From Polyangiaceae bacterium (GTDB lineage Bacteria; Myxococcota_A; Polyangia; Polyangiales; Polyangiaceae), in assembly GCA_035063585.1 (NCBI GenBank), contig JAPSGB010000003.1, forward strand, positions 32,001-96,000: a stretch of DNA of 64,000 nucleotides, written 5' to 3'. Made by a program: the position numbers and the translations under genes. Of this stretch, positions 31,628 through 41,052 are shown piece after piece; the first letter of the stretch is position 1; each line of letters starts with the position of its first letter. The notes under the pieces are model-generated. The model had not been told where the DNA came from, did no database searches, and saw only the letters and a list, made by a program, of their open reading frames with translations.

Positions 31628-32412
31628 GCGACGAGCAGCCGCTCCGCGTCGAGCGCCGAGGTGGCGTCGCGCTCATCACCATCGATCGACCCGACCGGAT
31701 GAACGCGCTCTCGCGGGCGACCCTGCTCGCCTTCGAGGAGCTCGGCCGCAGCATCTTCGAGGACCGCGCGCTCCGCGCCATCGTGCTCACCGGCGCGGGC
31801 GACCGCGCGTTCTCGGCCGGAGCGGATCTGAAGGAGCGCAAGGGCATGAACGAGAACGCGGTGCGTGAGCTGCTCAGGCTCTATCGGCGGAGCCTCCTGT
31901 GGCTCGAGCGCTCGCCGGTACCGGTGGTGGCGGCGCTCAACGGGGTCGCCTTCGGCGGCGGTCTCGAGCTCGCGCTGCTCTGCGATCTCCGCATCGCGTC
32001 CGCGCACGCGAAGCTCGGGCTCCCCGAGACCACGCTCGGGATCATCCCCGCGCTCGGCGGGACGCAGCGGCTCCCGCGCGTGGTCGGGGAGGCGAAGGCC
32101 AAGGAGCTCATCCTGCTCGGGCGCCGTATCGAGGCCGAGGAGGCGCTCGGGCTCGGCCTCGTGAGTCGGGTGGTCCCGAGCGAGCGCTCGCTCATCGACG
32201 ATACGCTCGAGTGGATTCGCCCGATCAGCGAGGGCGCGCCGATCGCTCAGCGCGCCGCGCTCGCCGCCATCGACGCCTCCTACGAGGTCCCGATGGAGCG
32301 GGGGATGGAGCTCGAGCTCGTTTACTACGACGAGTGCCTCCGGAGCGCGGATCGCGTCGAGGCGCTCGAGGCCTTCGCGGAGAAGCGGAGACCGCGGTTC
32401 CGCGGCGAGTGA
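31624..32412 (+). CDS. Enoyl-CoA hydratase/isomerase (LiuC-like)
   Basis: AFSAGADLKE, GGGLELALLCD, GLPETTLGIIP; ATGA overlap with the upstream gene. Confidence 0.9.
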   Translation: MSDEQPLRVERRGGVALITIDRPDRMNALSRATLLAFEELGRSIFEDRALRAIVLTGAGDRAFSAGADLKERKGMNENAVRELLRLYRRSLLWLERSPVPVVAALNGVAFGGGLELALLCDLRIASAHAKLGLPETTLGIIPALGGTQRLPRVVGEAKAKELILLGRRIEAEEALGLGLVSRVVPSERSLIDDTLEWIRPISEGAPIAQRAALAAIDASYEVPMERGMELELVYYDECLRSADRVEALEAFAEKRRPRFRGE

Positions 32413-32419
32413 GGGGACG

Positions 32420-33577
32420 ATGCCCTCCGCGTCCTGCGTGCTCTTGCTTGGGGCGCTCCTCGCGCTCGGCGGCTGCGAGCGCGACGGCGCGGGCCCGCGC
32501 GCGGTGGAGTCGGCGGCCCCGCGCGGCGGCGCCGCGCTCGCCACGCCGTCGGCCTCCTCGACCTCGTCGGCGCGGGCCGCGTCCGCTCCGCCGGGAGCGC
32601 CGGGCGAGCGGCTCAAGGTCGAGCTTCAAGAGGTCGCCATGGGCACCGACGTGCACCTGGTGGCCTACTCGAACGCGAAGGTCGGCGCGGAGGGGACGGA
32701 GGCTGCGCTCGCCGCGGCCTTCGCGGAGATGCAGCGGCTCGCCCGGCTGATGAGCGACTGGACCGCCGACAGCGACGTCGCGCGCGTAAATCATGGGGCG
32801 GGGTCCTTCGTCACGGTCGATCCCGAGACGTTCTCGGTCATCGAGAAGAGCCTCTGGGTCGGCAAGCTCTCCGGCGGCGTGTTCGACATCACGTTTCAGG
32901 CGATGAGCGGTGTCTGGAAATTCGGTGACGCCCAGGAGGCGCACCCGAGGCTGCCGGACCGGCGCGAGATCCTCGAGAAGCAGCGACTCATCGACTACCG
33001 CAAGCTCGAGGTCCGCCCCGAGACGCACCAGGTGATGGTGCCGAAGGGGATGAGCATCGGGCTGGGCGGGATCGCCAAGGGGTACATCGTCGATCGCGCG
33101 GCGAGAGTGCTCCGCGACCGCGGCCTCGCCGATTTCCTGGTGCAGGCAGGCGGCGATCTCTACGGCGCCGGGCGCAAGCCGGACGGCTCGCCTTGGGTGA
33201 GCGGGATCCAGGATCCGCGCGGCCCTCGCGGCACCTTCTTCGCGACCATCGAGCTCACCGATCACGCCTTCTCGACCGCGGGCGACTACGCGCGCGCCTA
33301 CGTGCTAGGCGGCAAGCGGTATCACCACGTGATCGATCCGCGCACGGGCTACCCCGCCACGGCGTCGAGGAGCGTCACGTTGTGGGCGCCGGACGCCTTC
33401 GTCGCCGATGCCATCGATGACGCCGTCTTCATCCTCGGCCCCGAGAAGGGGCTCGCGCTCGTCGACTCGCTCGGCGACTGCGGCGCGGTCATCGTGGACG
33501 CGAAGAACAAGGTGTGGGTGAGCGAGCGCATCAAGGAGCGCGTGCACCTGCTGCGCGAGCCCACGGACGGCATCTGA
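32420..33577 (+). CDS. apbE: FAD:protein FMN transferase lipoprotein
   Basis: LGGC lipobox; MGT, FDIT, LGGIAKGYIVD, AGGD, STAGDY, YHHVIDPRTGYP. Confidence 0.92.
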   Translation: MPSASCVLLLGALLALGGCERDGAGPRAVESAAPRGGAALATPSASSTSSARAASAPPGAPGERLKVELQEVAMGTDVHLVAYSNAKVGAEGTEAALAAAFAEMQRLARLMSDWTADSDVARVNHGAGSFVTVDPETFSVIEKSLWVGKLSGGVFDITFQAMSGVWKFGDAQEAHPRLPDRREILEKQRLIDYRKLEVRPETHQVMVPKGMSIGLGGIAKGYIVDRAARVLRDRGLADFLVQAGGDLYGAGRKPDGSPWVSGIQDPRGPRGTFFATIELTDHAFSTAGDYARAYVLGGKRYHHVIDPRTGYPATASRSVTLWAPDAFVADAIDDAVFILGPEKGLALVDSLGDCGAVIVDAKNKVWVSERIKERVHLLREPTDGI

Positions 33578-33669
33578 GCCCAGGCCCGGGAGCCGCGTGC
33601 CGGCGCGCGAGCCGCGAGGTCACGCCGCTCGCGGCGCCGCGCGCTCGGGTAGGGTGTAGGATGTCCGGC

Positions 33670-35682
33670 ATGAGTCGACTGCTCTCCGGGGTGATGTTGG
33701 GGGCGGGGATGGTGCTCTTCGCGCGCGCCGTGTCCGCGGCGAACGATCTCACGGTGCTCGAGGCGCGCGTCGATCCGCCGACGCTCCTCACGCTCGGCGT
33801 GCAGGTGCTCATCGCCGACGACGACGACCGCGATGCCACGGTGACCGTTCGTTATCGCGCCGAGGGCGCCGCGACCTGGCGCGAGGGCCTGCCGCTCGCC
33901 CGCTCTCGCCCGTCGGTGGTGGTCGGCGCCACCATCCCGGAGGGGTTCGCGGGGAGCCTCTTCGGCCTGATGCCCGCCACTCGCTACGAGATCGAGCTGC
34001 ACGCGGTGGATCCCGATGGCCTCGACCAGACCTTCACGACGACCGGCGCGACGCGCCGTGTGCCCGGCGCCCCGGCGTCCCCGCGACCGGTGCCCGTCGC
34101 GGGGACGAGCGCGCTCACGAGCGCCCTCGACCAGGCGAAGCCGGGCGACGTCATCACGCTGGCGGAGGGCGTGTACGAAGGAACGTTCGCCCTGCACGCG
34201 AGCGGTACCGCGGAGAACCCGATCGTCATTCGCGGCGCGACGCAGAGCGGAGTCGTGCTCGATGGCGGTGGGTGTACCGGCTGCAACGTGCTCGAGATCT
34301 ACGGCAGCTTCGTTCAACTCGAGAACCTCACCATCCAGCACGCCTCGCGCGGCCTCCGCTTCCAGGGAGTGGGCGCGTCGGATAACGTGGTCCGACGGGT
34401 GCGGATCCGCGACGTGACGCTCGGGATCGGCTCGAAGGACGGTCAGCGCGACTTCATCGTCTGCGACAACGTGCTCGAGGGGCGCCTCGCCTGGCCCGCC
34501 GTCTACGGGGATGACGGCGGCGCGCACGCCAACGATGACGGCATCAACCTCACCGGCGACGGACACGTCGTCTGCCACAACCGGCTCGTCGGGTTCGGAG
34601 ATTCGATCAAGAACGAGGCCGCGACGTTCGTCTCCTTCGAGGTGTTCGGCAACGACAGCGAGAGCGCCTACGACAACGCGATCGAGCTCGATGGCGCGCT
34701 CCGCAACGCGGTCGTCTTCGAGAACCGCTTCACCAACTCGTGGTCGCCGATTTCATTTCAGCCGGTCTATGGCGGCCCGGCCTACGCCATCCGCAACGTG
34801 GTCGTCAACGTGGTCGACGAGCAACAGAAGCTGCACTCGCTCGGCGGCACGCGCGAGACGGTCGGCGCGCGCCTCTATAACAACACCTTCGTCAGCGTCG
34901 CGCACGCCCTCAACCTCCAGGACGACACCACCGCCCACGACTTCGTGCTCGCCAACAACATCTACTTCGGCCCGGCGAGCCCCGAGGGCGGAAGGACGGT
35001 CGACTGGAGCGGGCGCATCGACGGCGCCGTCATCGCGCGCAACGGGTTCTTCCCGGACGGCGCGTTCGACTTTGGCGCCGCGGGGAAATGGTCGAGCTTT
35101 GCCGCGTACACCGCGAGCGGCGTGTTTGGCGCGGGCGCCACGCTCCTCGACGCGGGCACCTTCGCGAGCGGGCTCTCCGCGCCCGCGTCCTACACGGCGC
35201 GGCTCTCCGCGCCCGACGCCACCCTGGCCGCGGCCTCACGCGCGCTCGATCGCGGGCAGAGCCTCGCGAGCATCACCGACGGATTCCAAGGGGCCGCGCC
35301 GGACCTCGGCGCGCTCGAGCGCGGCTGCCCCGCGCCCATCTACGGAGTCCGCCCCGCGGGCACCGACGAGACGAACGAGCCGCACGGCTGCTCGAGCGCC
35401 GGCGGAGGCACAGGTGGCACCGGCGCGGGCGGAGCCTCGAGCGGCGGCGGCCCGGGCTCGGGCGGAGTGAGCGGTTCGGGCGCCGCGGGGGCGGCCGGCT
35501 CGCTGGCAGGCGCCGGCGGAGCCGCGGGCGCGCCGCCGGCCTCCGGGGGCGCCGCGGACGACGACGGCGGCTGCGGCTGTCGGACCGCGCCGCGAGGGCG
35601 TCAGCCGGCCCGCGCGCTCGTCGCGCTCGCGCTCGCGCTCCTCGCCGTGCGCCGCCGCGCGCGATACCTCAAGAGTCAATAA
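33670..35682 (+). CDS. Secreted FN3-like plus parallel beta-helix protein (putative polysaccharide-active) with MYXO-CTERM
   Basis: Signal peptide; GLMPATRYEIEL; AKPGDVITLAEGVY...SGTAENPIVIRG; PDLGALE; GGCGCR-TM-RRR; alternative ATG at 33661. Confidence 0.85.
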   Translation: MSRLLSGVMLGAGMVLFARAVSAANDLTVLEARVDPPTLLTLGVQVLIADDDDRDATVTVRYRAEGAATWREGLPLARSRPSVVVGATIPEGFAGSLFGLMPATRYEIELHAVDPDGLDQTFTTTGATRRVPGAPASPRPVPVAGTSALTSALDQAKPGDVITLAEGVYEGTFALHASGTAENPIVIRGATQSGVVLDGGGCTGCNVLEIYGSFVQLENLTIQHASRGLRFQGVGASDNVVRRVRIRDVTLGIGSKDGQRDFIVCDNVLEGRLAWPAVYGDDGGAHANDDGINLTGDGHVVCHNRLVGFGDSIKNEAATFVSFEVFGNDSESAYDNAIELDGALRNAVVFENRFTNSWSPISFQPVYGGPAYAIRNVVVNVVDEQQKLHSLGGTRETVGARLYNNTFVSVAHALNLQDDTTAHDFVLANNIYFGPASPEGGRTVDWSGRIDGAVIARNGFFPDGAFDFGAAGKWSSFAAYTASGVFGAGATLLDAGTFASGLSAPASYTARLSAPDATLAAASRALDRGQSLASITDGFQGAAPDLGALERGCPAPIYGVRPAGTDETNEPHGCSSAGGGTGGTGAGGASSGGGPGSGGVSGSGAAGAAGSLAGAGGAAGAPPASGGAADDDGGCGCRTAPRGRQPARALVALALALLAVRRRARYLKSQ

Positions 35683-35724
35683 ACCAACACACTATGAGCG
35701 CACGAGGCGCGCTCGTGGTGTTGG
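35677..35724. terminator. Hairpin between convergent genes
   Basis: ccaac-ac-actatgagcgc pairs with gcgctcgtggt-gttgg (two G:U on the + strand); TTTATTG follows on the minus strand. Confidence 0.45.
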
Positions 35725-35759
35725 CCCGGCGCGGCCGGCGTCGCGGCGCGACTTGGGCG

Positions 35760-36293
35760 TCACTCCTCGTCGTCGTCGGCGGGCGCGTCGGGGATGTCGT
35801 CGAGGCCTCGGCCGCCGCGGACCGGGATGGCGCGCGCGGCGCCGACCTTCTCGAGCGCGGCGGCCAGCGCCCCGCGGTCGCCGACCGCCGGCAGGTACTG
35901 GCGCGAGCCGTCCCACAGGTCGAGAGCGATGTTCCGTTGATCGAGGATGATGCAGTCGATCTGCGCCCACTTGAAGCGGCGCACGCGCGGCCACCCGAGC
36001 GTCACCACGTCGCGATACTCGAGCCCATCGGGGTGCAGTCGGACACCGCGCATGCTGGAGCGCAGGAGCGACGCCGCCGAGCCGAGCACCAGGACCAACG
36101 CGAGCGTTCGCGCGCCGACCGCTCGGTGCACGTCCCGCTCGACGATGAACTCGTGGAGCCAGGCGCCACCGCTGCCGGCCTCGCCGAGCACGACCATCGC
36201 GGCCACCCCGAGCGCGATCGCCAGGTAGACGAGCGAGGGGAGCCAGGCCGTCCAGGGCGGGCCGAACGCGGTATCGGTCGGCCGATACGTCAT
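35760..36293 (-). CDS. Membrane protein with a bacterial PH-like domain
   Basis: Two TM helices then GVRLHPDGLEYR...RRFKWAQI; start set at MTYRPT. Confidence 0.7.
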   Translation of the reverse strand: MTYRPTDTAFGPPWTAWLPSLVYLAIALGVAAMVVLGEAGSGGAWLHEFIVERDVHRAVGARTLALVLVLGSAASLLRSSMRGVRLHPDGLEYRDVVTLGWPRVRRFKWAQIDCIILDQRNIALDLWDGSRQYLPAVGDRGALAAALEKVGAARAIPVRGGRGLDDIPDAPADDDEE

Positions 36294-36526
36294 ATCGAAG
36301 CCGGGGGGGCGCGATGGGCGAGCCACGACCCTCCGACTCTGCACCAGTCGAATCCCTTTGGCCATGAGCGGACGCTGCCGGGCAGGACCGGCGGGGCTCC
36401 CGCCAGAGCCGCGCGGCTACGTGCGGGGTGGCTCGACGCCGCCGCCGGTCGACACTAGAGAGACCCGAGCAACGACCGCGCGCGTCGACGCGCGCGGGAG
36501 GCGCCGTCGAGCGCGTGGAGGATCAC

Positions 36527-37171
36527 ATGAAGTTTTTCATCGATACCGGGGATTTGGGCGAGATCAAGGAAGCCGTGGCGATGGGGGCGATCGACGGCGT
36601 CACCACCAATCCGTCGCTCCTCGCGAAGGCGGGCAAGCCGATCCGGCAGGCCATCGCCGACATCTGCGAGGTGGTTGACGGTCCGGTGAGCGCCGAGGTG
36701 CTCTCGTCCGAGGCCGACGCCATCGTGGCCGAGGGGCGCGAGCTCGCCAAGATCCACAAGAACGTGGTGGTCAAGGTGCCGCTCACCATCGACGGCTTGA
36801 AGTCGGTCCGCCGGCTCAAGGCGGACGGCATCCGAACCAACGTCACCCTCTGCTTCTCTCCCACGCAGGCGCTGCTCGCCGCCAAGGCCGGCGCGACCTA
36901 CATCTCGCCGTTCGTCGGTCGGTTGGATGACCACGCCGAGGAGGGAATGCAGATGGTCGAGCAGATCGTGTCCATCTACGGCAACTACGATTTCGAGACC
37001 GAGGTGCTCGTCGCGAGCGTGCGCCACCCGCTCCACGTGGTCGAGGCAGCGCTCATTGGAGCCGACGTCGCGACCATCCCGTTCAAGGTGCTCACCCAGC
37101 TCGTGAAGCACCCGATGACCGACCTCGGCCTCGCGCGTTTCGCCGAGGACGCCAAGAAGATCCCCAAGTGA
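36527..37171 (+). CDS. tal: Transaldolase (short TalC/Fsa family)
   Basis: [20 protein letters not shown]; Glu in VSAEV and Phe in SPFVGR are transaldolase-type rather than FSA-type (Gln/Tyr). Confidence 0.92.
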   Translation: MKFFIDTGDLGEIKEAVAMGAIDGVTTNPSLLAKAGKPIRQAIADICEVVDGPVSAEVLSSEADAIVAEGRELAKIHKNVVVKVPLTIDGLKSVRRLKADGIRTNVTLCFSPTQALLAAKAGATYISPFVGRLDDHAEEGMQMVEQIVSIYGNYDFETEVLVASVRHPLHVVEAALIGADVATIPFKVLTQLVKHPMTDLGLARFAEDAKKIPK

Positions 37172-37235
37172 GCCGTCAGCCGCGCGCGATGCACGGGGCT
37201 CGTCGGGCGGACGCCGACGCCGCGAGGCGCGCTCC

Positions 37236-37784
37236 ATGACGACCTTGGTCTCGCGCCGCGCGCGGGGCGCGCCCAAGCTCGCGCCCCGCGCGGTCCGGCG
37301 CCTCGCCGAGCTCATGCTCGCCGAGCTCGAGCTCGCGGGCGCCGAGCTCAGCGTGCTGCTCACCGATGACGCGCACATCCAGGAGCTCAACCGCGAGCAT
37401 CGCGGCAAGGATCGCCCGACCGACGTGCTCTCGTTCGCGCTCGACGAGGCCGAGCTCCCCGTCGGCGCGCAGGGGCCGCGGCTGCTCGGGGACGTGGTCA
37501 TCTCGCTCGACACCGCGGCCCGCCAGGCGCGCTCCCGCGGGCGTGAGCTGCTCGCCGAAGTGCGGTTCCTCCTGGCTCACGGGATCCTCCACCTCATCGG
37601 CTACGATCACGCCGAGCCCGAAGAAAAGCGCCGGATGGTCGGCATGACGCGGCGCCTGGTCCTCGCCGCGCCGCTCGGCGCGCCGAGCCGTCCGCCGCGG
37701 GCGCCCTCCCGCGCTCGCGGGATGGCGCGAGAGCCTCGCGAAGTGCCTGCGAGATCACCGGCAAGCCCGCGTCGGCACACGTGA
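37236..37784 (+). CDS. ybeY: rRNA maturation endoribonuclease
   Basis: LNREHRGKDRPTDVLSF, LGDVVIS, HGILHLIGYDH. Confidence 0.93.
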   Translation: MTTLVSRRARGAPKLAPRAVRRLAELMLAELELAGAELSVLLTDDAHIQELNREHRGKDRPTDVLSFALDEAELPVGAQGPRLLGDVVISLDTAARQARSRGRELLAEVRFLLAHGILHLIGYDHAEPEEKRRMVGMTRRLVLAAPLGAPSRPPRAPSRARGMAREPREVPARSPASPRRHT

Positions 37785-37898
37785 AGTCCCGTGCGCGGAG
37801 TCCTCGGGCGCGGGCGCTTCGGGGGCTCGCGAGGCGCGCGCCGCGCGCTCGAAACGGGCGGGTTCCGAGTGGTCGACCAGGTCCGGCCGTCGAGTCTG

Positions 37899-38010
37899 GC
37901 GGAAAAATTGCTCGATCCGTCATCCTCGGTTCATGTTTTCCGCTTGAAAGGCCGATTGCGGCCTGTTATCCGTCGCCGTGCCTTGACTGGTTTCGCGCCG
38001 CGAGCAGGCT
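37899..38010 (+). promoter_or_regulatory. Promoter region of the HU gene: inverted repeat plus two candidate promoters
   Basis: GCGGAAAA-N29-TTTTCCGC (37899-37943); TTGAAA-17-TATCCG with TGn; TTGACT-16-CAGGCT. Confidence 0.4.
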
Positions 38011-38074
38011 CGCGACGCGGACCTAGAGGGCGGGAACGGCGTCAATCGAGGTTTATTCAGGCAGGAGGAAGCGC

Positions 38075-38386
38075 ATGGCTGGCAAGAGGCTGACGAAGGC
38101 GCAGGTGATTGCGGAGCTCGCGGAAGCGTCCGAGCTCGACAAGAAGAGCGTCACGCGGGTTTTCGATTCACTTCAGGATCTCATCAAGAAGCAGCTCTCT
38201 GCTCGTGGGCCCGGTGAGTTCGTGGTCCCCGGGCTGGTGAAGCTCCGCGTGGTGAAGAAGCCGGCGACCAAGGAGCGCCCGGGCATCAACCCGTTCACCA
38301 AGGCTCCCATCACGATCCCGGCGAAGCCGGCGAGCAAGAAGGTCCGCGCGACCGCGCTCAAATCGCTAAAGGATCTGGTTCAGTAA
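38075..38386 (+). CDS. HU-family DNA-binding protein
   Basis: AGGAGG SD; LTKAQVIAELAE...PGLVKL...RPGINPFT...IPAKPA. Confidence 0.92.
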   Translation: MAGKRLTKAQVIAELAEASELDKKSVTRVFDSLQDLIKKQLSARGPGEFVVPGLVKLRVVKKPATKERPGINPFTKAPITIPAKPASKKVRATALKSLKDLVQ

Positions 38387-38451
38387 TCGGTCGCGCGGGT
38401 CGCGCTTCACGCGCTCCCGCACGAGCTGACACCGTCGTGTCCCCGGCCTTC

Positions 38452-40053
38452 TCAGAGGGTCGGGGACACGTCGTTTGTGCTCGCTCGGGTGCGCCTTTGG
38501 CGGCGCCGAGCAGCCCACGAGGCCAGCGTCACCGCGACGAGCAGGGCGATGAGCGGGAGATCGCCCGCGCGGGTGTAGAAGGTCGGCGAGCCGTCATCGA
38601 GCGCCGCCGAGGCGATGAGCACGCTCTCCGCGCTCGCGCTTCCGCGCTCGACGACCGCGCCGGTGGCGTCGATGAACGCCGGGACGCCGAGGTTCACCGC
38701 TCGCACGAGGCCGCGCCGCGTCTCGATGGAGCGCATCGCGGAGAGGCGCAGGTGCAGCTCCGGCTCGGCGGTGGGCCCGAACCAGGCGTCGTTGGTGACG
38801 TTCACGAGCAGGTTCGGGTTCGCGCGCGCCACCCGCCGCCCGACGCTCGCGAGCGTGTCCTCGTAGCAATTCAAGACGCCGATGCGAGCGCCGCCGGCCG
38901 AGAGGAGGGAGACGCGGTCGCCCGGGATGAGCCCGCCCGCGCGAAAGAACACGCGCCGGAGCCAGGGGAAGTACTCCGAGAGCGGCACCGTCTCCCCGAA
39001 CCAGAGCAGCTGGAGCTTGGCCTGCGGGAGCTGGGTCATCCCGCGAGCGTCGACGACGGTCGCCGCGTTGTACTCGCCGTCGCCGCCGGGCGCGCGGGTG
39101 ATGGCGCCGGTGAGCACCGGCCCGCGCACGCCACCGCCGACCACCCCGCGCCCGCCGAGCGGCGTCCGCGCGGCCGCGTGGCCGAGCACGTACGGATACG
39201 CGGCCTCGGGCCACACCACGAGCTCGGCGCCGGCCCGCTCGGCCTCGATCGTCAGGCGGCGCAGCCGGCGAACGATCCGAGGCGCCTGACCTGGCTCCCA
39301 GCGCAGGCGCGCGCCCACCGCCGCCTGGACGACTCCGATCTTCACCGTCGGCAGCGTGGCGAGCCGCGCGCGCACGCTCGGCAGCCGCGCCGCCCCGTAG
39401 CCGCCGAGCGCGAGCAGGAGCGCGCCGCCGGCCGCGACGGACCGCCACCATCCCTTCCATGAGGTGAGCGCCGGGACGGCTCTGCGCGGCTCGCTCGGTC
39501 GGGTGAGCGACTCGAATGGCGCCGCGAGGAGCGCTGCCGCGACGGCGAAGATGAGCGTGAGCCCGCGCTCGCCCACCAGCTCGCCGAGCTGGAGGAGGAG
39601 CGGCCACGGGGTGAGCAGGCCGGCCGGCGTCCAGGTGAGCACGTTGGGCCAAGCGCAAGCGAGCAGCACGGTCACCCCGAAGGCCAGGCGCCGATCGAGC
39701 GCGAGCTTCCGCTCGAGCGCGAAGCCGACCGCGCCGCCCGCCGCCCAGCCGAGCGCCTGGAAGGCGGCGAGCAAGACGAGGAGCGCGACGCCGCCCGGCA
39801 GCCCCACCGGCGTGAAGCGCTCGATGACGCCGGGCACGAAGCGGAGCCCGACCACGCTCGCGGTCGCGGCCCACAGCCAGGCGATGAGGGCGCGGCGCCG
39901 CGCGGTCTCCCCGGCGCGGAGCGCGATGAAGAGGAGCATCATTCCGGCGAGCACGCACGGATAGAGATCGGTCGGCGGCGAGGAGAGCGCGAAGACGAGC
40001 CCGCCGCCTGCCGCCGCGCGGAGCGGCCACCGCGCTCGTGGTTCGCCGGTCAC
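38452..40053 (-). CDS. lnt: Apolipoprotein N-acyltransferase
   Basis: Multi-TM N-terminus; nitrilase triad WPEAA, AKLQLLWFGE, NCYED; NVTNDAWFG. Confidence 0.9.
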   Translation of the reverse strand: MTGEPRARWPLRAAAGGGLVFALSSPPTDLYPCVLAGMMLLFIALRAGETARRRALIAWLWAATASVVGLRFVPGVIERFTPVGLPGGVALLVLLAAFQALGWAAGGAVGFALERKLALDRRLAFGVTVLLACAWPNVLTWTPAGLLTPWPLLLQLGELVGERGLTLIFAVAAALLAAPFESLTRPSEPRRAVPALTSWKGWWRSVAAGGALLLALGGYGAARLPSVRARLATLPTVKIGVVQAAVGARLRWEPGQAPRIVRRLRRLTIEAERAGAELVVWPEAAYPYVLGHAAARTPLGGRGVVGGGVRGPVLTGAITRAPGGDGEYNAATVVDARGMTQLPQAKLQLLWFGETVPLSEYFPWLRRVFFRAGGLIPGDRVSLLSAGGARIGVLNCYEDTLASVGRRVARANPNLLVNVTNDAWFGPTAEPELHLRLSAMRSIETRRGLVRAVNLGVPAFIDATGAVVERGSASAESVLIASAALDDGSPTFYTRAGDLPLIALLVAVTLASWAARRRQRRTRASTNDVSPTL

Positions 40054-40901
40054 CAGTAGAACGTGATGCCGCCGCGAAAGAGGCCGCCGCCCGAGGTGTT
40101 GGTCTGTCGGCCCGTGTCGGGATCGGTGAACTCCGGTGAGAAGCGCGCGCCCGGATCGGTGCGCCCGCGGAGGAAGCCGAGCACGTCCACGTTCAGCGAG
40201 ATGCGGCGGGTGAGGCGGAACTCGAGCCCGAGCCCGAGCTGCCCGCCGAAGTAGCTGTAGTGCTGGTTCGTGACCGGGTTCACGCCGTCGTCCACCTGCA
40301 CCGCAGCCTCCGAGAACCCTAGCCCGCCGATCGCGTAGACCTGCACGGCGTCTCTCGGGTTGAAGTAGACGAGCACGTTCGCGAGGAGCGCGCTCTCGGC
40401 GCGCAGGTTGCCGGCCCAGTCATTACCGCCGACGAAGTCGACGCCGAGGTCGAGCGCGACGGGGAGGACTGGGCGATAGCGCACGCTGAAGCCGAAGCCG
40501 GCCATCCCCGAGCCGTGGTCGCCGCGGTTCGCGTCGTGCCCGGTGCCCACGCCCTCGAGCCGGAGGTTCAGCCCCCAGCGCGGTCGATAGCGGCGCGGCG
40601 CCGGTGCGACCGGCTCGGGCGCGCCGCTCGCGCCCCGAGGCGGCACCACGAGCCCGCTCGGCTCGCCCGGCCCGGGCGGTGGCGGATGGACCCCGACGCG
40701 AGGCCCGCGCCGGGGTGGTCTGCGCGGCGCGGCCGGCGGCGCGGGGGCGGCGCCATCGGGCGGAGGCGTGTCCTCCGCGGGCGCGGCGGCCGACTCCTCC
40801 TCGCAGAACCACGAGCCCGGCGGACATGCGCCTTGCGCGAACCCGAGCGACGGCGTGACGAGCAGCGCCGTGCCGGTCAAGAGTGCGAAGCGGGCGCGCA
40901 T
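40050..40901 (-). CDS. Outer-membrane beta-barrel protein with a Pro-rich N-terminal extension
   Basis: Signal peptide; CPPGSWFC; about 8 alternating strands; terminal ITFYW; GTGA overlap with lnt. Confidence 0.8.
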   Translation of the reverse strand: MRARFALLTGTALLVTPSLGFAQGACPPGSWFCEEESAAAPAEDTPPPDGAAPAPPAAPRRPPRRGPRVGVHPPPPGPGEPSGLVVPPRGASGAPEPVAPAPRRYRPRWGLNLRLEGVGTGHDANRGDHGSGMAGFGFSVRYRPVLPVALDLGVDFVGGNDWAGNLRAESALLANVLVYFNPRDAVQVYAIGGLGFSEAAVQVDDGVNPVTNQHYSYFGGQLGLGLEFRLTRRISLNVDVLGFLRGRTDPGARFSPEFTDPDTGRQTNTSGGGLFRGGITFYW

Positions 40902-41052
40902 CGACGGCTCCTTTCCCAGATCTCTTCACGTAAGGTAGCAAGGCCGGTGCCAGCCGCCAGCAGCGCGGAACCCGCCGCGCGGCGCGCGCGCCGGTCCCGG
41001 TGTGGAGCCGAGTTTACACCAGCGTGGTGATGAGAATACTCCTCGAGTCGAG

